From: Candidatus Nomurabacteria bacterium
GTDB lineage: Bacteria; Patescibacteriota; Minisyncoccia; Phycocordibacterales; UBA9973
Direction: 5' to 3'
NCBI GenBank assembly: GCA_031425235.1
Contig: JANPIZ010000003.1
Span: 1-62,445, forward strand
Length of the DNA: 62,445 bases
The notes beneath the pieces are model-generated. The model was not told the DNA's origin, searched no databases, and saw nothing but the letters and a program-made list of their open reading frames with translations. Each line of letters starts with the position of its first letter. The stretch's first letter is position 1. Positions 1-9,952 of the stretch are shown here, piece after piece. The position numbers were made by a program, and so were the translations under genes.

Positions 1-2
1 TC

Positions 3-137
3 AGAGATTTGCAAAAAGGATTAAAAAAGTGGAACATATATTACAACAACCTAGAGCATTGCGGTTTAAACGGCAAAACACCAAATGAATTTCTTGCCAA
101 TTACAAATTAATTAAACCGCCATATGTCCGTACCTAG
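3..137 (+). CDS. C-terminal fragment of an rve-type (IS3/IS481-like) DDE transposase/integrase, cut by the window edge
   Basis: Frame 3 reads RDLQKGLKKWNIYYNNLEHCGLNGKTPNEFLANYKLIKPPYVRT*, with TAG at 135-137. The W..YN......L.G.TP.EF tail is typical of integrase-core transposases. Too short for the ORF track. Confidence 0.5.
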   Translation, partial: RDLQKGLKKWNIYYNNLEHCGLNGKTPNEFLANYKLIKPPYVRT

Positions 138-160
138 AACAGTATTAATATAGACAAAAA

Positions 161-186
161 CACCTCGCATAAGCGAGGTGTTTTTT
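161..186. terminator. Rho-independent terminator hairpin
   Basis: cacctcgc-ataa-gcgaggtg stem-loop followed by tttttt and preceded by aaaaa. Lies just after the transposase stop. Confidence 0.7.
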
Positions 187-214
187 AGTGTCGTTAGGTC
201 TTGCCTAACGATTT

Positions 215-240
215 GCTGTTGTTTGTTTTGTTTCGTTCTT
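215..240. repeat. 3'-flank half of the 16S processing stem
   Basis: gctgttgtttgttttgtttcgttctt is the reverse complement, with 1 mismatch, of 1973-1998. Confidence 0.7.
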
Positions 241-395
241 TAACTTTGGGTCTTTGCCTCATGTCAAATAGTTTTTAAGATGTTCTATTATTATCTATTG
301 TGTAGTCAATTGAGCTACACAATACCGACTCAATAAATCCGATCGGAACGGGTCCGATACATAATTCTGATAAATCAAAATTAGGATAGTTTTCA

Positions 396-1950
<1,555 letters not shown>

Positions 1951-1972
1951 AGTTAGTTCACATTAAAGTGAT

Positions 1973-1998
1973 AAGAACGAAACAAAACAAAAAACAGC
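1973..1998. repeat. 5'-flank half of the 16S processing stem
   Basis: aagaacgaaacaaaacaaaaaacagc pairs with 215-240 (25 of 26). Confidence 0.7.
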
Positions 1999-2244
1999 AA
2001 CTTGCCCCGCCATGCGCGGGGTGAACTTTTTTTGTCAATTCGATCCTAGCTCTCAAAATTATTACTCAAAAAACTCTTGAGACTTGCTTCCCGGCTCCCG
2101 GCCGGGGTTCTCAATTTTATTCTATTATCAAAGAGTTTTTGCCAAGAAAGCCGAGATAAATCAAGGCCTTTTCAAACAAAAACGCCCTATCCCATCCAAG
2201 GAAAGACGCTTAGGCAAGTATATATGAACAGCCATGCCATGTCA

Positions 2245-2282
2245 AGCACTAAAATACCCCAGGAATGGGGTATTTTAGTGCT
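2245..2282. other. Perfect 16-bp stem hairpin between the DUF5679 gene and the rRNA leader
   Basis: agcactaaaatacccc-aggaat-ggggtattttagtgct. Probable terminator or insulator. Confidence 0.5.
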
Positions 2283-2378
2283 TGTATTATTTCTTGATTT
2301 TCTTTGGTTTCTTTTTCTCTTTTCTCATCCCGGTACCTTTTGCCATAAAATTTTTTTATTGTATGTGCTAATTGATAA

Positions 2379-2564
2379 TTACATCATTGGCTTTGCGTCT
2401 GCCTCTGACATGAATTTGAACATATTTCCTCCGCACACAGCACACTGACCCTTTGCAGAATACCGATTTTTCTCGTTCTTTGTGACAACTGGGTTAACCA
2501 TGTCTCTCATAGTAGGCTTATTGTTAGTCCTACATTTCATACACAATGCTTTTAGTTCTGCCAT
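2379..2564 (-). CDS. DUF5679-like small zinc-ribbon protein
   Basis: 61 aa with CMKC...CAVCG (two CxxC pairs) in the layout typical of DUF5679 mini-proteins. Confidence 0.6.
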   Translation of the reverse strand: MAELKALCMKCRTNNKPTMRDMVNPVVTKNEKNRYSAKGQCAVCGGNMFKFMSEADAKPMM

Positions 2565-2634
2565 ATAATTATTATATAGTTACTTAGTAATATGGTTATA
2601 AGTATAGCATATATATGCAAATGTATAGTAAACT

Positions 2635-3282
2635 ATGGTTATGTCAAAAAAACTCATCTATTTTGTAAGACACGGGGAAACGATATTAAATGCAAAGAAT
2701 ATCCGTCAAGGACCTGATGGATCTTTGAGTGATAAAGGTAGAATACAGGCACAAGCTACAGCAAAAAGGTTCCCAAGCCACAAAGGAAAACCAGAAGTCA
2801 TCATTGCAAGTCCTTATCAACGGACCAAAGAAACTGCAGAAATTATCTCGAAAGAACTCGGCATGGAAATCGAGTACTGTGACCTCTTAGTAGAGAGACG
2901 GAACCCATCGGAAATTATCGGACACGAAGGGAGTGAACGCGAAGTCCGTAGAATAGTCGATCAAATTGATAAAAGCTTTCACGACGACGACTTACGCTAC
3001 TCAGACGAAGAAAACTTCATTGACTTAAAAGAACGAGCCAAGAAATTATTAAATTATATCGCTTATAGAAAAGAAAAGAAGCTCATTATGGTAACTCATG
3101 GAATTTTTCTCAAAATGGTTATCGCGTATATGATCGAAGGTGAACAACTCACTGCTTCAGAATACAATAAGCTAAGCTATTTTAACCCACTTAATAACGC
3201 AAGCATGACGATCGTCTCATATGAAACTCATTGGCTCCGAGAAAATGAATGGAAAGTGTTGGTGTGGAATGATATAGCCTAA
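2635..3282 (+). CDS. Histidine phosphatase (phosphoglycerate-mutase-like) family protein
   Basis: N-terminal FVRHGET (RHG motif) and a downstream VTHG. Confidence 0.85.
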   Translation: MVMSKKLIYFVRHGETILNAKNIRQGPDGSLSDKGRIQAQATAKRFPSHKGKPEVIIASPYQRTKETAEIISKELGMEIEYCDLLVERRNPSEIIGHEGSEREVRRIVDQIDKSFHDDDLRYSDEENFIDLKERAKKLLNYIAYRKEKKLIMVTHGIFLKMVIAYMIEGEQLTASEYNKLSYFNPLNNASMTIVSYETHWLRENEWKVLVWNDIA

Positions 3283-3311
3283 ATATTTTCTTGAAATTAA
3301 CATAAAACGAA

Positions 3312-3364
3312 GTTAGCCTCGATATTAATGACCAGAATAAATCCTGACTTCAATCGAGGCTAAC
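3312..3364. other. 12-bp stem hairpin downstream of the phosphatase gene
   Basis: gttagcctcgat ... atcgaggctaac with a 29-nt loop. Confidence 0.4.
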
Positions 3365-3421
3365 ATATTATATTGACGACTGAATAAAACATTTATTACA
3401 ATCGTTTTTTGTTTTAGTATT

Positions 3422-3574
3422 TTATACTACGGGATGTCGGCCCTGAATTACTCGCACTAGAAATAGAATGATAGCTATAACTAGAAGAACGTGAATAAAT
3501 GACCCTAATGCGGGAAATCCAACAAGACCTAAAAGCCAAAGTACTACCAACACTGCTGCGATTGTTGTAAGCAT
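3422..3574 (-). CDS. lmo0937-family small membrane protein (50 aa), absent from the ORF track
   Basis: My own translation: MLTTIAAVLVVLWLLGLVGFPALGSFIHVLLVIAIILFLVRVIQGRHPVV*. Paralog at 11269-11421. Confidence 0.7.
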   Translation of the reverse strand: MLTTIAAVLVVLWLLGLVGFPALGSFIHVLLVIAIILFLVRVIQGRHPVV

Positions 3575-3620
3575 ATAAGTTTCAGTTAATACTAATAATA
3601 AATTTAAGTTCTATAAATTA

Positions 3621-3893
3621 TTAAGGTGCTGTAGGTATATTCTCTGGGACTGGAGTTGGATCGGTTACTGGGTTAGGATTTGAACCAGTATTATTGTTGT
3701 TTTCTGGTAATTTTACATCTACGTTTATATTACCTCGATCTGATGCTCCAGAGTTACGAATCATTGGAAGTCCGTACACAAAGAAAAGCACTATGATCAG
3801 TAACGCAATGATAGTACCCATGATAAGACCTGCGCCGCCCGAATCTTCTTGAGTTCCGCCGCCGCCCTTATAGTTGTTTATTACATCTGCCAT
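3621..3893 (-). CDS. Hypothetical single-pass membrane protein
   Basis: 90 aa: G-rich N-terminus, one hydrophobic helix, N/P-rich tail. Confidence 0.5.
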   Translation of the reverse strand: MADVINNYKGGGGTQEDSGGAGLIMGTIIALLIIVLFFVYGLPMIRNSGASDRGNINVDVKLPENNNNTGSNPNPVTDPTPVPENIPTAP

Positions 3894-4006
3894 ATATTTT
3901 TTGATTAATGAGTTTATAATAATTAATAATGACCTTTAATTTAAACACGCACATATGTTATGACGTATCCTCCTTAAAAAAATTACATTATACAATCTAG
4001 AAATTT

Positions 4007-4570
4007 CTAAATTCCCACTACGCCAAAAATTTTACCGACGAGAAATGTAATTACCATTGCAAGTATACCTCCGCATAATACGCGCATTGTCGCTTTTACT
4101 TTATTGGCACCCCCTGCGTGTGCGCTCAATATGCCGGTGATGATAAGCGCAATGACTACAGAAATAAAGGTAGTGATAATTTGGATGGATGGAGGAGAAA
4201 TTAATATAGCAAAAATTGGTATCATGGCTCCACATAAAAATGAGAGTCCAGATGCATATGCCGCATGAAAAGGATTTGTAAGTTCGGTGCCTTCTTTTTT
4301 AAAGAGAGCTTTTTCGGTATCTCGCTGTGTACTTACGGATACATACTCACCTACTGCCATCGATAGAGCTCCTGCTACCATCGCCGCGACTCCTGCTGTA
4401 ATGACAAAACTTCTAGCATTTGTCGCTCCAGCTACCCCGACAATAATAGACGCCACAGACACGATGCCGTCGTTAGCACCGAGCACTGCAGCTCGAAGCC
4501 AGTTTAATTTTGAGTGGATAGGAGGAGTTTGAACTTCAGTATGTGCTATTGGGTCTCGTAATAATGTCAT
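4007..4570 (-). CDS. VIT1/CCC1-family iron/manganese transporter
   Basis: LRAAVLGANDGIVSVASIIVGVAGA plus C-terminal TM helices. An extended -10 (tggtataat) lies 7 nt upstream of the ATG. Confidence 0.8.
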   Translation of the reverse strand: MTLLRDPIAHTEVQTPPIHSKLNWLRAAVLGANDGIVSVASIIVGVAGATNARSFVITAGVAAMVAGALSMAVGEYVSVSTQRDTEKALFKKEGTELTNPFHAAYASGLSFLCGAMIPIFAILISPPSIQIITTFISVVIALIITGILSAHAGGANKVKATMRVLCGGILAMVITFLVGKIFGVVGI

Positions 4571-4578
4571 TATTTATA

Positions 4579-4794
4579 TTATACCAGTTTTTTGAGTTCT
4601 ACTTCGTGTTTTTTCATGACTTCTATCCCCGCATCCATTTCACTCATACCCCCTTTGACTTTTTCTTGTATTTCGGTAGCGATAGTTTTAAAAAGCTCAG
4701 GATTCTTTTCCATCATGGTTACGAACATTTGTATTTGCGCCTCAGGCACACCTTTGGTGCGAAGCATTTTTTTAAGTAAAAAATTTTGAAACAT
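4579..4794 (-). CDS. Hypothetical small helical protein
   Basis: 71-aa ORF tightly spaced with its neighbours. No recognisable motif. Confidence 0.4.
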   Translation of the reverse strand: MFQNFLLKKMLRTKGVPEAQIQMFVTMMEKNPELFKTIATEIQEKVKGGMSEMDAGIEVMKKHEVELKKLV

Positions 4795-4797
4795 AGG

Positions 4798-5352
4798 CTA
4801 TATTTTAGACTTTATTTTTGAAAATGCAATCCTACTCCAAATTATGAGCAACAGTCCGTAATTTACGATCATATACCATTGATTACTCCACTGTATTCCG
4901 TACGGAAACTTATAATCAGATAACGGAAAAAGAAAAGGCGTCGGAAAAAATGTGAGTACATGAGAAGGTATGTCGATCAATATGTGAAGCGCCCAACCCA
5001 ATAACTCGTATCGAGGGCGTTTAAAAATTATCCAAACTAGTAAAAACACTATACACCATATGACCAAGGAGTGGCTATATTGATATAAATTATGGGCTAA
5101 ACCAAAACCTTGAGGAATTGCCCCTTCAACCATATCGGGGCGAACAAAGACAGTTGAAAATGTTTTACCATCAAAAAATACTGAATAAAAACGAACAATA
5201 AATGGAATACTGAAGGCAAAGAAGTCTGGGAAAACACCAAAAAAGGCTGTCCATCCAGGGCTTATATGTAATTTTTTATTTTTCTTTTCAGCGACAGCAT
5301 TTGCGGCTCGTGCGCCAGCGTTCGCCCAAAGTGTATGTGCAAGTATGTCCAT
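4798..5352 (-). CDS. Polytopic membrane protein, possibly a DUF457/YdjM-like metal-dependent hydrolase
   Basis: 184 aa with several TM segments and conserved-looking His residues. Weak call. Confidence 0.35.
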   Translation of the reverse strand: MDILAHTLWANAGARAANAVAEKKNKKLHISPGWTAFFGVFPDFFAFSIPFIVRFYSVFFDGKTFSTVFVRPDMVEGAIPQGFGLAHNLYQYSHSLVIWCIVFLLVWIIFKRPRYELLGWALHILIDIPSHVLTFFPTPFLFPLSDYKFPYGIQWSNQWYMIVNYGLLLIIWSRIAFSKIKSKI

Positions 5353-5378
5353 TTGATTATTGTAACATTATATATAAT

Positions 5379-5891
5379 TTACATGTTTCTGCTATCATAT
5401 GCCCAGTGAAGCAAAGCTTGTCGCTGACGTGGGCGACAAAATACATCTCCTTTGCGGCAATTCTTCACTAAGGCTCCAATGTGTCGACGAATCGCTTTCC
5501 ATCTTTTGATTTGCCTCTCGTCTTCTTTGCCAAGTCTGCGCCCAAGATAATACCGGCAATACCATTCAAACCACCCTCTTGGATCGTGTATGCTGATCCA
5601 ATTGTTATGACGCCACACGGCAAGTGGCTGGCTCGCATTAACTTGAAAAAAATTAAGCTCTCTGTGTCGCTTGCCGTCTTTGGAAACCTTTGCTCGCGTA
5701 AACCATGCGCGAGGATATTCTTTCGGTTTATCTCCAAAATAAAGTCCGCCAAAAATGCCAAGTTCAAGCATTTTTTTTGGAGTAAGATCTGGTTTAAAGT
5801 CAGGGTCAAAATTTTTCCCTACTTTTTCCGTAAGAACATACACATAATTCTTCTGCATTATATTATTTACAACTATCTTTTTGTTCATCAT
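5379..5891 (-). CDS. Conserved hypothetical protein
   Basis: 170 aa with a PRGWFEWYCRYYLGRR motif. 4-nt overlap with the upstream gene. Confidence 0.5.
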   Translation of the reverse strand: MMNKKIVVNNIMQKNYVYVLTEKVGKNFDPDFKPDLTPKKMLELGIFGGLYFGDKPKEYPRAWFTRAKVSKDGKRHRELNFFQVNASQPLAVWRHNNWISIHDPRGWFEWYCRYYLGRRLGKEDERQIKRWKAIRRHIGALVKNCRKGDVFCRPRQRQALLHWAYDSRNM

Positions 5892-6517
5892 CCAGAAATA
5901 ATTGGCAACTTGCCTATGTACGTTTTGTTATTAATTAAATCCACCAGGACGTGTGCTACTTTTTTTCGAGATGTATGCAACTCTGCAGGACCACCGTCAG
6001 TAAGTTTATAATTTTTACACTCTTTATCACTCTTACTTAATGTAAGTACTCGTACAACAGTAAAATCTAACCGAGAATTTTGTAAGACTTTTACATGTTC
6101 TACTCCATCATGCATACGATCTGGATCAACACGTGTAACGACAAAGTTTAGAAACATATCGATCAATGATGGTGTATCTCCTTCTGTGCGTGCTCCTGTG
6201 CCAGTCAAACTCAGCACTCTTTGTATACCCAAATTTTTCATCGCCTGTACTATGTTAGTTATACCTTTCGTTTGCATCAAAGGATCAGAGTTCTTAATAT
6301 GACCAAGTACACTTATGACAGCGTCGGTGGCTTTCAGGGCTTCCTCTACATTGCCATAATTCATTACATTACCTTGTTTGATACTCACATTTTTGGGAAA
6401 ATATATATTTGAATTATTCGTATATACAAAAGCCACGACATCAAAACTTTGCTCCACGGCATAGTTTACAACCTCTACTCCTGTCCTACCATCAGCTCCA
6501 AAGACGCAAATTTTCAT
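5888..6517 (-). CDS. NAD(P)H-binding (NmrA/atypical SDR-like) oxidoreductase
   Basis: N-terminal MKICVFGADGRTG Rossmann motif. 209 aa. Confidence 0.8.
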   Translation of the reverse strand: MKICVFGADGRTGVEVVNYAVEQSFDVVAFVYTNNSNIYFPKNVSIKQGNVMNYGNVEEALKATDAVISVLGHIKNSDPLMQTKGITNIVQAMKNLGIQRVLSLTGTGARTEGDTPSLIDMFLNFVVTRVDPDRMHDGVEHVKVLQNSRLDFTVVRVLTLSKSDKECKNYKLTDGGPAELHTSRKKVAHVLVDLINNKTYIGKLPIISG

Positions 6518-6534
6518 AAATTATTTTATTGATA

Positions 6535-7404
6535 TCAAAACGATATGACATAGTTTTCAAACTCGACCAATGATAAAATTCGCTTAACTGAATTTTTGTC
6601 TGCAATCGCAAGCTCAGCCCTACTCCAACCTCGACCAGACAAAATTAAATTAATTTTTCGCTTCTTTGTTAAAGTGATTAATTTTTTAAGATAGGTCATA
6701 TTATCAAGTGCACTATAGGTATTCGAAATAAATAATAACTTGATGTGTTTATCTTTCTGTATCACTTTTTGTAACTCCTTTAAAGAAATATTGATTCCGA
6801 GTACTTCTCTTTTAAAACCGTATTTTTTAAAAATGATGTCTCCCATAAACATAGGCAAAATATGATTATTGCCAGGGGCGCAGGCTAAAACTACTTCTCG
6901 AGATTTTAGCTTTTTTGTTTCTTGGATAAAATTTCCTAGTTCACTTAGATGTTGAGATACTTGAAAGCTCATACGATGCTCCATATGTATTTCTAACCTG
7001 TCTCTTTGCCATTCTCTTCCTATGTGCTCTAACGTAGGGTTAAGTATCGTATCGAAAATTTCACCCAAACTATACCCTTGTATATAAAGCAGTCTTAACA
7101 TTCCAATTGCTTTTATGTTGTCATTGTTATGTAAATGTTGATAATATTCTCGCCATCTCTCGGTTGTATGTTGCTTCTGTTCTAGTAAGCGCTTCAACAC
7201 GTACGACGACGATACGTGCTCATGGTACTTTGATAAAAATCCATTCATTTGAGTTTTAGAAACTCTGTAGTGACCTCCGACGGTTTGATCGGCAGGTAGC
7301 TTGCCAGATTGGATCCAGCGTTTAATAGTGCTTTCATGTACGGTGAAATATTTGGCTATTTGTGGTGGGGTAAAATGCATGGTTTGCATGATTTTATTAT
7401 ACAC
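6535..7404 (-). CDS. HTH plus B12-binding-domain regulator (CarH/LitR-like)
   Basis: N-terminal excisionase/MerR-type HTH (IAKYFTVHESTIKRWIQSGKLPA), then W-QRDRLEIHM-EH (Wx9EH) and a Rossmann-like part with NNHILP. The likely true start is the ATG at 7389, with TATAAT 6 nt upstream. Confidence 0.6.
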   Translation of the reverse strand: MYNKIMQTMHFTPPQIAKYFTVHESTIKRWIQSGKLPADQTVGGHYRVSKTQMNGFLSKYHEHVSSSYVLKRLLEQKQHTTERWREYYQHLHNNDNIKAIGMLRLLYIQGYSLGEIFDTILNPTLEHIGREWQRDRLEIHMEHRMSFQVSQHLSELGNFIQETKKLKSREVVLACAPGNNHILPMFMGDIIFKKYGFKREVLGINISLKELQKVIQKDKHIKLLFISNTYSALDNMTYLKKLITLTKKRKINLILSGRGWSRAELAIADKNSVKRILSLVEFENYVISF

Positions 7405-7472
7405 AGTATACTATACTGTATCAAGCTATAGGTCGAATTAATAATATTAATATATTAAATAAGAACAAAAAC

Positions 7473-7679
7473 ATGAACAAACTTAGCGCAGTAGATTTTG
7501 GAGCTCTCGTGTTGGTAATTGTAGGAGGACTCAACTGGGGCCTCGTAGGAATTTTGAATTTTAACCTCGTGTCAACTCTTTTTGGAGACATGTCTGCCCT
7601 TTCACGAATCGTGTTCGCATTAGTTGGAGTCTCAGCTATATACGTAGCGAGTCAACTCATGAACCTTACAAAGAAATAA
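7473..7679 (+). CDS. DUF378 small membrane protein
   Basis: GGLNWGLVGI...FNLV..LFG...LSRIVFALVGVSAIY pattern. Confidence 0.8.
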   Translation: MNKLSAVDFGALVLVIVGGLNWGLVGILNFNLVSTLFGDMSALSRIVFALVGVSAIYVASQLMNLTKK

Positions 7680-7700
7680 TTTTTTGTAAAAAATAAAATT

Positions 7701-7730
7701 AAAAAACTACTGGTTCACCAGTAGTTTTTT
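7701..7730. terminator. Bidirectional rho-independent terminator
   Basis: aaaaaa-ctactgg-ttca-ccagtag-tttttt between convergent genes. Confidence 0.8.
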
Positions 7731-7733
7731 AAT

Positions 7734-8141
7734 TTATCTATTTAAATAGGTGATAGTTAGCTGCAACATGGTGGCAAATGAAACCCACAGAAGATAAGGA
7801 ATATTTACATATACTACCCATCGCAAGCTTGGCGCTGCATACCACAAAGAAACAAGTGCCCAAATAAGGGTTCCTAACACAAAAACGATATCAATAGCTG
7901 CGAGTAAATTGTTTTTAAGTCCAAACTGTAGAGGTGTAAAAATAAAATTAAAAAAAAGATTGAGTACGAAAGGTAATGCCACTACCCATGATATTTGCTT
8001 GGTTATAGTTTTATAGAAAACTGTTCCAAAAGAAACAAATATGATGGCATAGAGAATAGTCCACACAGGGCCAAACAGCCATGAGGGCGGCGCCCAGCTC
8101 GGCCGGATAAGTGTTGAATACCAATTGTATGCTTGATTCAT
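7734..8141 (-). CDS. tspO: TspO/MBR family tryptophan-rich sensory protein
   Basis: WYSTLIRPSWAPPSWLFGPVWTILY and five hydrophobic helices. Confidence 0.85.
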   Translation of the reverse strand: MNQAYNWYSTLIRPSWAPPSWLFGPVWTILYAIIFVSFGTVFYKTITKQISWVVALPFVLNLFFNFIFTPLQFGLKNNLLAAIDIVFVLGTLIWALVSLWYAAPSLRWVVYVNIPYLLWVSFATMLQLTITYLNR

Positions 8142-8148
8142 AAAATTA

Positions 8149-8841
8149 TTAATTTATTTTTAAACTCACTACCTTTTGTGCACCATCCGTAGTATAGGTA
8201 AAGTTCCTCTTTTCTTGGATATGTCCGTCCTCATATACTACAACTCCAGAATTTTTACTTGTGTTAATCGAACTACCGATATAGTACCATGTGCCGCCAA
8301 GTACTGGTTTAACCGGTGAAAGCGTGGCTATATTTGTGCGTAGATAATTTTCTATATTGTCACGGAGCACTAAATCAGAACATGCGACGTCACTCAGTGA
8401 AAGTCCAAAACTATCAATATTTGCTGTACCCTCACCAAATGTAAACTGTAATTTTTCCTGAGCTTCAACACCTTCCCCGAAAGTATTCCATGTGGCGTCG
8501 ACCTTTCGAGCCATCATTATTTTATCTACTGGACTTACTGTACCCTCAAACTTTCCTACCTTGCTGTCTTTTTCAGCTGGCAAAAATTTCAATTCTCCGC
8601 TTACTTTTTCTTGTTCGAGAAGCATACGTAATGTGAATTTATCAGAAAAGCCACGTTCGTTTGGCGTACCAAAATGGGCAAAACAAAGTTCGATAGGGTT
8701 TTTATTTTCAGGTGCGATCACAACTCCGCTTTCTTCTGTAGTATCTTTTGGATTTATATTCTTATTTGAGTATATAAATAAGAGCACTGCAAGCGATAAT
8801 GCGAGTATAGATACACTTGCTATTAGTATTTTTTTGTTCAT
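8149..8841 (-). CDS. Hypothetical secreted or membrane-anchored protein
   Basis: Signal-anchor MNKKILIASVSILALSLAVLLF. The ORF-track start at 8877 is probably an upstream extension. Confidence 0.5.
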   Translation of the reverse strand: MNKKILIASVSILALSLAVLLFIYSNKNINPKDTTEESGVVIAPENKNPIELCFAHFGTPNERGFSDKFTLRMLLEQEKVSGELKFLPAEKDSKVGKFEGTVSPVDKIMMARKVDATWNTFGEGVEAQEKLQFTFGEGTANIDSFGLSLSDVACSDLVLRDNIENYLRTNIATLSPVKPVLGGTWYYIGSSINTSKNSGVVVYEDGHIQEKRNFTYTTDGAQKVVSLKIN

Positions 8842-8906
8842 ATGTCTATTATAGCAACAAGTAAGGAGTATGAACAATATTGTTTATTTAATTCCATGTA
8901 CATATT

Positions 8907-9299
8907 CTACCTATATAAATGCGAAGTCTTACGAAGCTCAGCTCGAATGTCTTTATGGTTTGGCGTCACCTTAGCTACTAGGTTCCAGAAATCGGCAGAA
9001 TGGTTGAATTCTTTCAAGTGACACAATTCATGCACTATTATGTAGTCAGCAATATGTGGTGGTAAAAATAAAATCTTGTAATTGAAATTTAAATTGCCTT
9101 GTTTGGAACAACTTCCCCATCGGGACTTCGTATTTCGGATAGCGACTTTGCGTATAGGGAAACCATAGTGCATATTCAGCTGTGTTATCTTTTCATGCAC
9201 CAATACACGAGCCTCTTCTTTATGCCTCTTATAATCCCACCTATTAAATTTTTTGCTTTGCTTCCTTTGTAGTAAATTTAAAATTTCATTCACGAGCAT
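8907..9299 (-). CDS. YgjP/DUF45-family zinc metallopeptidase, N-terminally truncated paralog of 43335-43904
   Basis: RWGSCSKQGNLNFNYKILFLPPHIADYIIVHELCHLKEFNH (HExxH). 130 aa versus 189 aa for the island copy. Confidence 0.7.
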   Translation of the reverse strand: MLVNEILNLLQRKQSKKFNRWDYKRHKEEARVLVHEKITQLNMHYGFPIRKVAIRNTKSRWGSCSKQGNLNFNYKILFLPPHIADYIIVHELCHLKEFNHSADFWNLVAKVTPNHKDIRAELRKTSHLYR

Positions 9300-9453
9300 T
9301 GGTGAATTTTAACACAAGATACATAGTGATGGGTTCTTTTTTATCTACAATAGGAAAAACTCCTTGCATCATTTCTTGGATATCATGAAGCATCGCTCCT
9401 TCTATATGCCCCATGTCATATTCTCCTTTTGTTCGCACGTCTATGATTTTCAT
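9286..9453 (-). pseudogene. Rhodanese-domain N-terminal fragment
   Basis: My own translation: MKIIDVRTKGEYDMGHIEGAMLHDIQEMMQGVFPIVDKKEPITMYLVLKFTNARE*. The IDVR..EY..GHI.GA start is present but the active-site Cys loop is missing. The ORF overlaps the start of 8907-9299. Confidence 0.4.
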
Positions 9454-9456
9454 AAA

Positions 9457-9687
9457 TTATTTCTTTAAATTTTCTATTTCTTTTTTTAATTCGTCAAATC
9501 TACTCATAACTTCTCTATCAAATATTATCTGCTTATTGGCAAAGAAAATTAATTTTATGGATACAAGTAAAACCCCTGCTTCAAGAAGTAAATCCTTAGT
9601 AAACCCCTTCAGAAAAATCGCTACTATGAATAGTATTATCGTCAAAACTACAACTATTAAATTCCCTGTATCTAATAATTTTTTCAT
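9457..9687 (-). CDS. Hypothetical small membrane protein
   Basis: 76 aa with one or two hydrophobic helices. 4-nt overlap with the GIY-YIG gene. Confidence 0.45.
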   Translation of the reverse strand: MKKLLDTGNLIVVVLTIILFIVAIFLKGFTKDLLLEAGVLLVSIKLIFFANKQIIFDREVMSRFDELKKEIENLKK

Positions 9688-9935
9688 TTCTCTATTATAG
9701 CTAATTTCTCAGCACGAGTCAGTTTTTTAATTCTCACTTCTTCTTTTGAGGCATCTGACCTATTTTTGAATTTCCGAGAATAAACCACTTTTACCGGCCG
9801 CCGAGCCGAAGTATACCGAGCACCAAGTTTTGTACCCGCGACCCCATTATGCTCCCCCACTCGCCGTCTCAAATCAGTAGTAATACCAGTATATAAAGTT
9901 TGATCCGAGCATTTTAGAATGTAGAGGTGATACAT
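9684..9935 (-). CDS. GIY-YIG nuclease family protein
   Basis: MYHLYILKCSDQTLYTGITTDLRRRVGEHN. Confidence 0.85.
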   Translation of the reverse strand: MYHLYILKCSDQTLYTGITTDLRRRVGEHNGVAGTKLGARYTSARRPVKVVYSRKFKNRSDASKEEVRIKKLTRAEKLAIIEK

Positions 9936-9952
9936 CGCTAAATTGTAGCAAA

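Noticed and set aside
2033-2075. TTGACA (complement of 2033-2038) and TTGAGT...TAGGAT as candidate 16S promoters.
   Set aside because: No acceptable -10 at proper spacing for the first, and a poor -10 with a 15-nt spacer for the second. The rRNA promoter remains unassigned.
5481-6011. Long antisense or alternate-frame ORFs. Examples: 4287-4532, 5468-5809, 5481-6011, 8492-8854, 10346-10687, 14314-14634, 15397-15825, 16518-16897, 23662-23991, 27889-28182, 40744-41226, 52949-53314, 54925-55626 and 61836-62264.
   Set aside because: Each overlaps a longer ORF with clear family motifs on the other strand or frame. They have low-complexity, Ser/Leu/Phe-rich shadow-ORF composition.
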